Shown: positions 37,388-46,597, counted from the whole stretch's first letter. The stretch: 63,968 bases of DNA, filler included, from Thermoplasmatota archaeon (GCA_041623215.1; 5 parts of 5 records of this genome joined end to end with filler, not necessarily neighbours in it); one strand, 5' to 3'. A program made the numbers and translations. The notes: generated by a model not told the origin, from the letters alone.

Positions 37388-37547
37388 TGGGGACACTGGG
37401 ATTCGAACCCAGATCGGGTGGTCACTCCGATGGATCAGCGCTCCAGTGAATCGTCACTGCCCAGGAGCTACCCGGGTTTCTGCTGACCCTCTTCTCATCA
37501 TATCCATCACTGGAGCCACCAATGATGCCTGGTTACACCATATCCCC
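37388..37547 (-). tRNA. tRNA-Trp(CCA) with an 87-nt intron at 37/38 (intron 37423-37509)
   Basis: Acceptor GGGGATA/TGTCCCC+A; anticodon stem GGTGG/CCACC with CTCCAG; T-arm GGGTTCGAATCCC; BHB CUCC-AG^U / GGAG-UG^A. Confidence 0.96.
37423..37509 (-). ncRNA. Intron-encoded box C/D guide sRNA
   Basis: C box AUGAUGA (37501-37495), D' CAGA, C' GUGACGA, D CUGA (37438-37435); D guide UCACUGGAGC pairs with the pre-tRNA and N+5 gives C34. Confidence 0.92.
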
Positions 37548-37676
37548 GGGGGGTGGTGGTCACGGGCGCGCCTGGCGCCGGTGATCCGGTAGAGGGTGCG
37601 ATTGCGAGGGGTTCAGGTGGAAAAGGTGACGACCCCCGGAGACCCACGGTGGATCCAAGGCGGCACGTCAAGAGAC

Positions 37677-37784
37677 TCAGTTCTTTCGCATGAGCTGGGC
37701 GCGTTTTCGGCGGCGCATCTTCTTTTTGCGCCACTTCCAGCGTTGCTTGCCCGGCTTTTTCCATGCACGACTACCGCGCTTCAT
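37677..37784 (-). CDS. rpl41e: Ribosomal protein eL41 (eS32), 35 aa, absent from the ORF track
   Basis: MKRGSRAWKKPGKQRWKWRKKKMRRRKRAQLMRKN; upstream GGAGG and CTTTTATC. Confidence 0.9.
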   Translation of the reverse strand: MKRGSRAWKKPGKQRWKWRKKKMRRRKRAQLMRKN

Positions 37785-37889
37785 AGGGGAATCCTCCCCC
37801 CAAACCGGGGGGTGCAGGCGCGGCGACTTGGGGGCCTGATAAAAGGGTTGCTTGGAGGACCTGCGGCGCGGACCGGCCTCACCGGGCCC

Positions 37890-38768
37890 TTAGATGGCAA
37901 TGCGCGGGGCGAGGGCAGCCGCAATGGCGGGCGCCGCACTTACCACATCGCACCCTGTTGGCTCCAGCGAATCGGTTGCCAGAACCCGGTCAATGCCACC
38001 GGCCAAGAGCTTGGGAACGGCGCCGCCCGTGAACAAACCGTGGGTGCAGGCTGCGTAGACGGCTGTGGCACCCTGCGCTTTGAGTTGGCGGGCCGCCGTA
38101 ATCATGGTACCTCCGCTGGCAATCATGTCATCTACGATGGCCACGCGCTTTCCAGCCACGTCGAGGTCCTTGGCTTTCATCACGACTTCTTCGGGCCCAA
38201 GGCGCGTTTTTTCGAGGTAATCGGAGGGTATCCCCAGGGCGTCGGCAGCCCTTGCTGCCCGGTCCCGTGCGCCAGCATCCGGGGCCAGGATGACCTCCAC
38301 ACCCCATTCGCCCAGTTGCTTGGCCAAGGCAGACACGGCACTCACCGCCGCCCGATCACATGCATAGAAGTCCAAGATGGATTCCTTGTGCGGATCCACG
38401 GCTAACACCGTGTCCGCCAGCGCGGCCACGCCCCGCGCAACGGCGCGGCTTGCCACCGCTTCACCGGACTGGAAGGCGCGGTCTTGCCGTGCGTACCCCA
38501 TGTAAGGGATGACCGCGGTCACTTGGGATGCCCCCGCTTCTCGAGCCGCATCCAGAAGCAACAGCAATTCGACGTAGTTCTCGTCGGGGTACGATGATTG
38601 GACAACCACCGCCTGCTGCCCGGCCAGGTCCGCTGCAATACGGACAAAGCATTCGCCATCGGGGAACCGAGAGGCCGCGTCTGCGATGAGGGCGGCAGAG
38701 GGCAGTTGAGCAGCCAACTCACTTGCAAGGAGGCGATTGGCAGAACCTGCGATGACGGCAACGGCCAC
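37890..38768 (-). CDS. prs: Ribose-phosphate pyrophosphokinase
   Basis: RFPDGE, PYMGYARQD, APDAGA, VDDMIASGGT, THG. Confidence 0.95.
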   Translation of the reverse strand: MAVAVIAGSANRLLASELAAQLPSAALIADAASRFPDGECFVRIAADLAGQQAVVVQSSYPDENYVELLLLLDAAREAGASQVTAVIPYMGYARQDRAFQSGEAVASRAVARGVAALADTVLAVDPHKESILDFYACDRAAVSAVSALAKQLGEWGVEVILAPDAGARDRAARAADALGIPSDYLEKTRLGPEEVVMKAKDLDVAGKRVAIVDDMIASGGTMITAARQLKAQGATAVYAACTHGLFTGGAVPKLLAGGIDRVLATDSLEPTGCDVVSAAPAIAAALAPRIAI

Positions 38769-38813
38769 GGCGCGCGGACCCCGCCATGGCAGAAAAAGGG
38801 GGCGTTGCCACGC

Positions 38814-39464
38814 TTAGGCGCGGCCAACGATGACAAGGTTGTCCGGGCCGTCGCGGCTCACGACCGCCACCGCGTCTTGGGCCACGACCTCGAACCCGGC
38901 CGCTTCCACAGCCCGACGTAGCGCAGGGGGCGAATACAGGTGATAGGTGCGCGGCGCATCATGGCCACCCGAACGCCAGGGAATGACGACGTCCACCGGC
39001 TCGCCGGGCTCGCCTTGGTCCCGAAACCGAGGTGCATCCCGGCTCCAAACCGTGATTTGGGCCAAGGCTCCGCGCCGCAAGACGCGGCGAAGTTCTAGCA
39101 AGCTCTCCAGCCGACCCTCTGCCGTTGGGATGCCATGCAGCCCGGCGACGTAGATGCACGCGTCGAACTGTTCATCGCCAAATGGCAGCGCCGTGGCATC
39201 GCCGGCAATCACGGATGCTTCTGGCCGGCGGACTGCATTGCCCGCACAGAGGGGGCGACTCCAGTCAAGGGCCACCATGTCGTGCCCTGCGGCCAGGCCG
39301 ACGCCGGTGTGTCTGCCGTTGCCGGCCATGAGGTCCAGAACGCGACCACCATTGGGAATGTCCTTCGTAAGGAAGGCTGCAACGTGCGGCCACGTCCGCG
39401 TGCGACTGGCGCTGAAGGAATCGGCAATTTCCTCCCAAACACGGTGCTGGTGAGCGGCGTCCAC
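38814..39464 (-). CDS. Class I SAM methyltransferase, Trm9/ALKBH8-like
   Basis: VWEEIADSFSASR..WPHV..FL; LDLMAGNGR; R.YHLY. Confidence 0.75.
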   Translation of the reverse strand: MDAAHQHRVWEEIADSFSASRTRTWPHVAAFLTKDIPNGGRVLDLMAGNGRHTGVGLAAGHDMVALDWSRPLCAGNAVRRPEASVIAGDATALPFGDEQFDACIYVAGLHGIPTAEGRLESLLELRRVLRRGALAQITVWSRDAPRFRDQGEPGEPVDVVIPWRSGGHDAPRTYHLYSPPALRRAVEAAGFEVVAQDAVAVVSRDGPDNLVIVGRA

Positions 39465-39553
39465 GCCGGGCCGACGATGCCATCCTGTAAGGCATTGGCG
39501 CATGCGATGAAGCCCCGCGAACCCTCTTCACCTGACGCCGCCTTGCGGGCATT

Positions 39554-40660
39554 GTGCAGGATTTGGCCAAACGGAACCTCATCATCGTGGCGGGCAAAGG
39601 CGGCGTCGGCAAGACCACAACGTCCAGCGCCATTGCCTTGGGGTTGGCCGCGGCCGGGCGGCAGACGCTATTGGTCACCGTGGACCCGGCCAAGCGACTG
39701 AAGGACGCGCTCGGCATGGACGTTGGGCACACGGAGACGCCCATCCAACCGAACCTGCACGCTATGATGCTGGACCCGGAACTTGTCATTCGAGACCACT
39801 TGTCACGCTATGTGACTGAAACGGACGTGGCATCCCACCCCCTGTTTCGCTATGTGACGAATTACTTGCCTGGCCTGAACGAACTCATGGCCATTGGCAA
39901 GCTCAATGACCTCCGCGATGAGGGTCGCTTCGAGTGCATTGTCATCGATACGGCCCCCACAGGCCACGCTTTGTCGTTTCTTTGGGCCCCCAAAGCGATT
40001 CAGGAACTGATGGGCGAACGGTCGCTCCTCAAGTGGGCGATTCGGGGCTACACGGTGTGGCAAAAGGTGTCCGCCACGGCCAAGGGGATGGGGAATCTTC
40101 TCAAGAAGAAGGATGACCGCGAGGCGCCGCCGCCGGACATTGACTTTGAGCGCATCTTCGACGGGATGCGGGAGGAGGCAACCAAGATTCGTGCGTTCTT
40201 GACCGACCCGGAGGCGGCCTGCATGGTGTTGGTAACGTTGCCCGAGAAGCTTCCGGTGCAAGAAACCAAGGAACTCTACGACAAGGTGACCGAGGAACTT
40301 GACATGAGCGTGAGTCACATTGTGGTCAACAAGATGCAACCCGATACGCTGGGCCCGCACGCTGACGCCTTTGATGCCATCGAGGATGACGCCGCGCAGC
40401 GGCAGCGCTTCGTGGCGACCACGGCCAAGGCGGGCAAGGTTGCGCCAGGCTTGGTTGAAGCAATGCTGGAGGCGGCGCGCTTTGGCGAAGTTCGCCGCGC
40501 CATGAATATGGAGCACCTGGCGTTGTTGCATGAGGTGCTTCCCGGTGTGCCGACGGTCCAGGTCCCCCTGTTCCGTCGCGATGTGAATGGCATCAAGCAC
40601 CTCAAGCGATTCCAAGAAGCGCTCGTGCAAGAGCCCCCGAGCCTACAAGCTAGCGCTTAG
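39554..40660 (+). CDS. ArsA/GET3 family ATPase (single domain)
   Basis: GKGGVGKTT, DPA, PGLNE, DTAPTGH, VVNK. Confidence 0.9.
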   Translation: MQDLAKRNLIIVAGKGGVGKTTTSSAIALGLAAAGRQTLLVTVDPAKRLKDALGMDVGHTETPIQPNLHAMMLDPELVIRDHLSRYVTETDVASHPLFRYVTNYLPGLNELMAIGKLNDLRDEGRFECIVIDTAPTGHALSFLWAPKAIQELMGERSLLKWAIRGYTVWQKVSATAKGMGNLLKKKDDREAPPPDIDFERIFDGMREEATKIRAFLTDPEAACMVLVTLPEKLPVQETKELYDKVTEELDMSVSHIVVNKMQPDTLGPHADAFDAIEDDAAQRQRFVATTAKAGKVAPGLVEAMLEAARFGEVRRAMNMEHLALLHEVLPGVPTVQVPLFRRDVNGIKHLKRFQEALVQEPPSLQASA

Positions 40661-40703
40661 CGAGGCAAACGTAACGCCGAGCGGCCAGGTGCGCTTGGCT
40701 TGC

Positions 40704-40934
40704 TCAATGTTGAGCGACGTTGCTAGCGGCGTGGACGCGCTCGTCGAGGTCGGGCATGGTGATGCGAATCGGTACCTGATCCCACTTGTAGTTACAGTAG
40801 GTACAGGTCACCAATACGGATGCCCGAATCCGGTCGAGAGGCAGGGGCCGGCTGACCTCAAGGGTCTTGCCGCCATGGGTTTGAAGCATGAAGCCCGAGT
40901 CGGAACCGCATTTGGAACAGCGAAGGGTGGACAT
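40704..40934 (-). CDS. Small zinc-ribbon protein
   Basis: CSKCG...CTYCNYKW. Confidence 0.65.
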   Translation of the reverse strand: MSTLRCSKCGSDSGFMLQTHGGKTLEVSRPLPLDRIRASVLVTCTYCNYKWDQVPIRITMPDLDERVHAASNVAQH

Positions 40935-41084
40935 GTGTGCTTGTCCAATGAGTTGGACACGTTATTAAGCCCCATCGGCGCAACTGTTGCGAATTGTCCG
41001 GCAAGGCCGCAAATATTCGCGCCAACACGACAGGTGGCTGCGGCGCATCAACCACCTAGTTCCTTGTGTATCGCCCCTTTAGCG

Positions 41085-41388
41085 GGCGGGGACACTCCGC
41101 CAAGACGCACCAGAACCCACCAGGCTACACCCCTCGTGGTCCTCCACCCCGCACTCCCTCAAACGTCGCGCGTTCGCGGTGAGGCTGCTCCCTTCCGGGC
41201 CTGACCCGGTTCCCGCGTCGAAGGACTTCGACCTTCCCTCCGGAAGGCATCCATCCACCGGCCACCTCAAGGGACGAGGCTTCATCGTAAAGCGAGGGCA
41301 CCTGGCGAATCCTAGCTGCCTGGACGGGATTCGGCCGCGCTATAGACTACGCGAAACGGGGGCGCCTAATCCCCACCTAGTCCCCGCC
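41085..41388 (-). ncRNA. ffs: Archaeal SRP (7S) RNA, about 304 nt
   Basis: Helix 8 GGGAACCGGGUCAGGCCCGGAAGGGAGCAGCC; terminal helix GGCGGGGAC/GUCCCCGCC. Confidence 0.95.
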
Positions 41389-41600
41389 AAACGCCGGGGC
41401 GACACACAAGGTGGCGCAAGGCCCGCGACTTGGATGGGGTTCATCAACGTTGGGGGGTCAAACCCCCTGCGCACCAGGCCGCCCGACCGGGGGAGCTGAC
41501 ACGGTTAGACATTGGCTACGACGCGCCCGCGTACGCCACATGCCCCCCACGGGCGATTCGCTACTCCTATCACCGCGAGTGGCACCTCCGGCCCGTGAGC

Positions 41601-43115
41601 ATGAGTCCAGCAGGCGACACCATCCGCCGCATGCTGGCCTACTTCCCGTTTGACGCCCTGTTCAACACCTACACGTTTCTGTTTCTGTTCTTGCCCATCA
41701 CGCTCGCCGGCTACTGGCTACTGCCCAGGGGCCAGGCGCGCTGGCTGTGGATTGGTGGGGCGAGCCTCGTGTTCTACAGCTTCTGGGACTGGCGGTTCAC
41801 GGCCCTATTGGTGGCGAGCAGCGTCGTTGACTTCGTCGTCGCTAAGCGCATCGTGCAAGCTCGCTCGGTCGCGGCTGCAGCCGACCAACCCCAGGACGGC
41901 CCGGGCAGCCGCGCACGTCGCTGGCTACTTGCCAGCATCGTGTTCAACCTCGGCGTGCTGGCCTTCTTCAAGTACGCCATGTGGGGAACGGAGAACCTGC
42001 AATCCGTACTCTCCTTGCTGGGCAGCAACGTGGTCCTGCCCATCCCACACATCGTCTTGCCGGTTGGGATTTCTTTCTACACCTTCCAGACGTTGAGCTA
42101 CACCGTCGATGTGTATCGGGGCCATGTCACGCCCACGTCCGCCTGGCCTCGCTATCTTGCCTATGTGACGCTGTTTCCTCAATTGGTGGCCGGCCCCATC
42201 GTTCGCTACGCCCAGGTTACAAACGACTTTGACGACCTGCCCGCGCGCCTGCCAGCCGAGCGATGGAGTCGCGGCATCTTCCTGCTGGCCGTTGGGCTTT
42301 GCAAAAAGGTGGTGATTGCAGACACCTTGGCAACCGGCGTGGACCCGCTGTGGGCGCGAGCCGCAGCGGAAACCACTGCCACGGCGACCGCCGCGAGCAG
42401 CGTCGGCTTGGACACGCTCTCGGCATGGCTGGCAGTCCTTGGCTACAGCTTGCAACTCTACTTCGACTTCAGCGGTTACAGCGACATGGCCCTGGGGCTT
42501 GGCTGCCTTCTGGGCTTCACGTACCCAATCAACTTCGATGCGCCCTACCAAGCGCGGGACCCGGCCGACTTCTGGCGCCGGTGGCACATGACGCTGGGGG
42601 CCTTCCTGCGCGATTACCTGTACAAGCCGCTTGGTGGAAACCGCCTAGGGCCAAGCCGTACATTGGTCAACTTGTCAATCGTGATGCTGCTTGGCGGCTT
42701 GTGGCACGGCGCCGCCTGGACATTCGTGGCATGGGGAGGCTATCACGGCATTCTTCTGGTCGTGCACCGGTTGCTTCGTGAGCCGTGGGGCGCCCTGCCC
42801 GTTGCGGGTCAGCGGGCCCTGACCCTGTTTCTGGTGATCCTTGGATGGGTGCCATTTCGCGCCCCGGACTTTGCCACCGCCGCCCACGTCCTGCAAGCCA
42901 TGTTCGTACCCAACGGGGCCGATTGGTCGCTTCTTGCACACCCCGTCACCGCCATGCTGCTGGCGGCCCTCGCCATCACCCAATTGGCCCGCCCCGCCAT
43001 CCGCGTAGCAAGCCACCCAACGTGGCGTCACGCAGTTTGGACTTCGCTTTGCTTGGTGGCAGCCATCCTGCTGATGGGCGCCGCCGAATCACCCTTCCTC
43101 TACTACCAATTCTAA
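41601..43115 (+). CDS. MBOAT O-acyltransferase, AlgI/PatA/DltB type (copy 2)
   Basis: Same motifs as 32148-33650; ends SPFLYYQF. Confidence 0.94.
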   Translation: MSPAGDTIRRMLAYFPFDALFNTYTFLFLFLPITLAGYWLLPRGQARWLWIGGASLVFYSFWDWRFTALLVASSVVDFVVAKRIVQARSVAAAADQPQDGPGSRARRWLLASIVFNLGVLAFFKYAMWGTENLQSVLSLLGSNVVLPIPHIVLPVGISFYTFQTLSYTVDVYRGHVTPTSAWPRYLAYVTLFPQLVAGPIVRYAQVTNDFDDLPARLPAERWSRGIFLLAVGLCKKVVIADTLATGVDPLWARAAAETTATATAASSVGLDTLSAWLAVLGYSLQLYFDFSGYSDMALGLGCLLGFTYPINFDAPYQARDPADFWRRWHMTLGAFLRDYLYKPLGGNRLGPSRTLVNLSIVMLLGGLWHGAAWTFVAWGGYHGILLVVHRLLREPWGALPVAGQRALTLFLVILGWVPFRAPDFATAAHVLQAMFVPNGADWSLLAHPVTAMLLAALAITQLARPAIRVASHPTWRHAVWTSLCLVAAILLMGAAESPFLYYQF

Positions 43116-43117
43116 CC

Positions 43118-44176
43118 ATGTCCCGATTAACGACCCCCGCAATGTCTCCGGATTACCCGGCCCCTGCATGGCGGCGACAGCTGGTTCGGGTGGCCCTACT
43201 GACGATTGCCCTGTTGGTCGCCCAAGTGGCCTTGACGGCGGCCGTCGACGCACGGGGTGAATTGGGCACCGGCTTGGTTCGGCCCCTCGTGGCCGACGAC
43301 CGCGAAGCGAAACTGAACCACCTGGATGGATTGCCTTCGCCCCCGGCCACCCTCATCCTGGGCAGTAGTCGCATGGTGTTTCTTGATCCGCACGAGGCAC
43401 TCGACCACGGCTTTCCCAACCCAACCTTCAACGGGGCGATGCGCGGCGGTCGGCTTGATGATGCGCTAGCCATGTTTCGCTACGCGGTGGCCACGCAGGG
43501 CGCACCGGAGGCGGTCGTGATTGGTATCGATCCGCACCAACTGTCGGCCAGCCTCGTCGAAAACCTGCGGCTGCACCGGGACGACCGCCTGGGCCCCCAT
43601 GCGCCTGGGCAGCTCTCGAGCCTCGCCATGCCCCAATGGGCCGCGCTCTCCATCATCGACCCCTCGGCGACCAAAGATACGTACCGAGCCCTTGTCCACA
43701 ACGCCGCCGGGTTTGATTCACCGTCGGACCCCTTCAACCCCCTCGGTGGCTGGGCTACGGCTGAGCCAGCTCCCCTGGAGCCGCTTGCGTTGCAGCGTTG
43801 GGTTGACAACCGCGTCCAGGATTACCAATTCTTTGAAGCCCCCGCTAGCACGCGGCTTGAACAGGTAACGGCCCTAGTCAAGGAGGCGTCGGCGGCGGGT
43901 TCTGACGTCCACCTCTGGGTGACGCCAGAGGCCCCGGCCTTCGTGGCTGCCCTCGAGGCGCGCACCCCCTACGCAACCGCGCGTTCAGCCGTCCTTGCTG
44001 CCTTGGTAGAAGGCTGCGCGCTGGAGCGTGTTTCCGTGCACGATGCGGCCATGAACGACCAAGCGGTAATCGAGGCATCCTGGTTCACGGATGGCGAGCA
44101 TTTGCTAGCCGCAGCATCACCGTTCGTGTGGGAGACACTTGCCTCCGGCGCCGTCGACCTCTGCTCCGCGGCCTAG
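43118..44176 (+). CDS. Membrane-anchored SGNH-like partner, copy 2
   Basis: N-terminal TM; ILGSSR; DGEH; starts 2 nt after the MBOAT stop. Confidence 0.7.
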   Translation: MSRLTTPAMSPDYPAPAWRRQLVRVALLTIALLVAQVALTAAVDARGELGTGLVRPLVADDREAKLNHLDGLPSPPATLILGSSRMVFLDPHEALDHGFPNPTFNGAMRGGRLDDALAMFRYAVATQGAPEAVVIGIDPHQLSASLVENLRLHRDDRLGPHAPGQLSSLAMPQWAALSIIDPSATKDTYRALVHNAAGFDSPSDPFNPLGGWATAEPAPLEPLALQRWVDNRVQDYQFFEAPASTRLEQVTALVKEASAAGSDVHLWVTPEAPAFVAALEARTPYATARSAVLAALVEGCALERVSVHDAAMNDQAVIEASWFTDGEHLLAAASPFVWETLASGAVDLCSAA

Positions 44177-44272
44177 GCGCAGGGCACGCAAAGGTGCCGC
44201 GTCCGGGACCCAGGCAACAGCCCAACAAGGCCCGCTACTCACGGGCCGCCGGAGGGTCGCGGCAGGGGTGTC

Positions 44273-44695
44273 TCAGAATCGCCGCGTCAGCACGATGTAT
44301 TGGTTCTTGAAGAACCGGTAGAACACCCAGCCGAGGCTGCCCACGAGGAACACCGCGTCACCGACGACGAGCCACAAGGCGCGTGTGCTGGAACTGAATT
44401 CGCCGCGGTCATACAGGAGTCCTGCAAGGAAGGTGTGCCGAACCAGGAGGATGAGGCTCACGCAGAAGATTGCAATGACGGCGAGGTCCATGTAGAAGAG
44501 GTACTTCTGCCAGGTCCGACGCTCAATCTGCTGCAGTTCGGAAAAGTCCACGAGGCGGCGGACGCCAGTGCGCTTTGAAGGTGTTGCGAGAAGTTCACCG
44601 GCAAGGCGGGCTTGGTCAGGGGTCGTTGGCGCACACAACCTGCATCGGTCGCAGTTGATGCAAAGGCTCCATCCCCCTGTTTTAGGCGGTTGCAT
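44273..44695 (-). CDS. Hypothetical membrane protein with N-terminal CxxCxxCxxC
   Basis: CINCDRCRLC followed by two TMs. Confidence 0.6.
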   Translation of the reverse strand: MQPPKTGGWSLCINCDRCRLCAPTTPDQARLAGELLATPSKRTGVRRLVDFSELQQIERRTWQKYLFYMDLAVIAIFCVSLILLVRHTFLAGLLYDRGEFSSSTRALWLVVGDAVFLVGSLGWVFYRFFKNQYIVLTRRF

Positions 44696-44734
44696 CGAAA
44701 CCCCTTTTTCCTTATTCCGAGGGTCTCGGGTCCC

Positions 44735-45340
44735 GTGGATGCATTCAGGCCGGACCAGGCCAAGCTTCGCAGCATCGCGAAGCAGGTACGGTCCTGCACT
44801 CGGTGCCCCCTCCACGAGGGGCGCACCAACGCCGTTCCGGGCGAAGGTAGCGGTGCATCAGGATTGCTTTTGGTGGGCGAGGCGCCGGGCCGGAATGAGG
44901 ATGAAACAGGGCGCCCGTTTTGTGGCGCAGCCGGCCGGAACTTGGACCAGGGTCTTGACGCCGGCGGCATCGCCCGCGACGAGGTTTTTGTGACCAGCAT
45001 CGTCAAGTGCCGTCCGCCAGACAATCGCGATCCCACGCCCGATGAGAAAGCCGCGTGCAAGGTCCACCTTGACGCCCAAATCGCCGCCTTGCGCCCACGG
45101 GCGCTCGTGGCACTGGGCCGCCACGGCTTGTCGGCGCTGGTTGACAAGTCGCCCAAGCGGTTTACGGACGTGGCCGGTTCGTTTGTGACCGGCAACACAG
45201 GTTTGCCGGTGTTTGTCAGCCTGCACCCGGCCGCCGTGATTTACCGCCAGGCATGGAAGGAGAAGTATCTCGATGACTGGCGCCGCTTGGGACAGTGGGT
45301 GCGCGACAGCGATGCAACCAAGGCCGAGGTGACTGCGTGA
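44735..45340 (+). CDS. udg: Uracil-DNA glycosylase family 4
   Basis: CTRCPL, VGEAPG, GRPF, KCRPPDNR, HPAA. Confidence 0.93.
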   Translation: MDAFRPDQAKLRSIAKQVRSCTRCPLHEGRTNAVPGEGSGASGLLLVGEAPGRNEDETGRPFCGAAGRNLDQGLDAGGIARDEVFVTSIVKCRPPDNRDPTPDEKAACKVHLDAQIAALRPRALVALGRHGLSALVDKSPKRFTDVAGSFVTGNTGLPVFVSLHPAAVIYRQAWKEKYLDDWRRLGQWVRDSDATKAEVTA

Positions 45341-45374
45341 GCGTCTTGGCAGCATCTCGGATGGCCCCCCGCGA

Positions 45375-45609
45375 GTGTCGGACACCCCTGCTTCCGATGG
45401 AGACGGCGTCTGTCAGACCCAGTTTCCACCTGCAATGGGGGTCTAAGCCCACCCAGCAACAGGAGAAGCCTCCTGGAGCCAGCCTTTCCCTTACGATTCA
45501 CTTATATATGGCACGCCGAATGGACGTGTCAGACAAAGTCAGACGAAATGACACAAACGGACAACCATGTTGTCGGTTCGGTGTCACGGATGTCCGACGA
45601 TTGTCTGCC
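45375..45609 (+). promoter_or_regulatory. cdrS-ftsZ promoter: TATA box plus repeated GTCNGAC palindromes
   Basis: CTTATATAT at 45501-45509; GTCNGAC at 45377, 45412, 45528, 45538 and 45592. Confidence 0.65.
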
Positions 45610-45625
45610 ACCCCCGGTGGACGCC

Positions 45626-45865
45626 ATGAGCACCGAACGCATCACCATCCGACTCCCATCCGCGCAAACCGCGAAGATGGACGCCCTGGTCGCCCTGGGC
45701 CAATACGCCACGCGCACCGAGGTGGTCCGCCATGCCCTGCGGACCTTCTTCGAGCAGCAAGGCGAGAAGGCCCCGCAGACCATGCAAGCGGAGGAACAGA
45801 TGCAGAAACTGGTCAAACTGGCCGCCTTGGTAAAGGAAAACAAGGACCTCTTCGAGGCCCTATGA
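45626..45865 (+). CDS. cdrS: Ribbon-helix-helix regulator, CdrS-like
   Basis: ERITIRLP...LV..GQY.TRTEVVR.ALR, directly upstream of ftsZ. Confidence 0.82.
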   Translation: MSTERITIRLPSAQTAKMDALVALGQYATRTEVVRHALRTFFEQQGEKAPQTMQAEEQMQKLVKLAALVKENKDLFEAL

Positions 45866-45977
45866 ACCACGACCCAAACGGCGGGGACGGGATGCACTCA
45901 ACGAAGACAGCTCGGCGATCGGCTGACTTCTGCCCGACACACAAGATCGCCACCAACCCAACGGAGGGAAACCCAAC

Positions 45978-46597
45978 ATGCAGGACCTGATCGGCGCGGC
46001 AATCGGCCACGCACAAGAACACAAGACAACCGAGTACGAGAACTTCGGTGAGCCCAAAATCGTCATTGTCGGCTGCGGCGGCGCTGGTGGCAACACCATC
46101 AATCGCCTGCACAAGATTGGCGTGAAGGGCGCCGAGACCATTGCCATCAATACGGACAAGCAGGCCCTGGACCTCGTCGAAGCCGACAAGAAGCTCCTGG
46201 TCGGCAAGTCCATCACCCGCGGCCTTGGCGCCGGCGGCTACCCAGAAATGGCCGAGCGCTGCGCTGAACAAGCCCGCGGCAAGCTCGAAGAGATGCTGCG
46301 CGGCGCTGACCTCGTTTTCATCACCGCAGGCATGGGTGGCGGCACCGGTACCGGCACCGCCCCCGTGATTGCTGACATCGCCAAGAAGAACGGCGCCATC
46401 GTAGTCGGCATGGTGTCGACCCCGTTCAACGTTGAACGCGCTCGCATCATCAAGGGTGACGAAGGCCTCCAGAAGCTCCGCTCCAAGGCTGACTCCGTCA
46501 TCGTCCTGGACAACAACCGCCTCCTGAAGATGTGCCCCAACCTGCCCATCGACCAAGCGTTCAGCGTCATGGACCAACTCATCGCCGAGACCGTCAA
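45978..46597 (+). CDS. ftsZ: Cell division protein FtsZ, FtsZ2-type context (truncated)
   Basis: [26 protein letters not shown]. Confidence 0.96.

Noticed and set aside
41085..41388. RNase P RNA or the small ORFs listed here
   Set aside because: The helix-8 SRP motif and terminal helix explain the region; the ORFs are shadows
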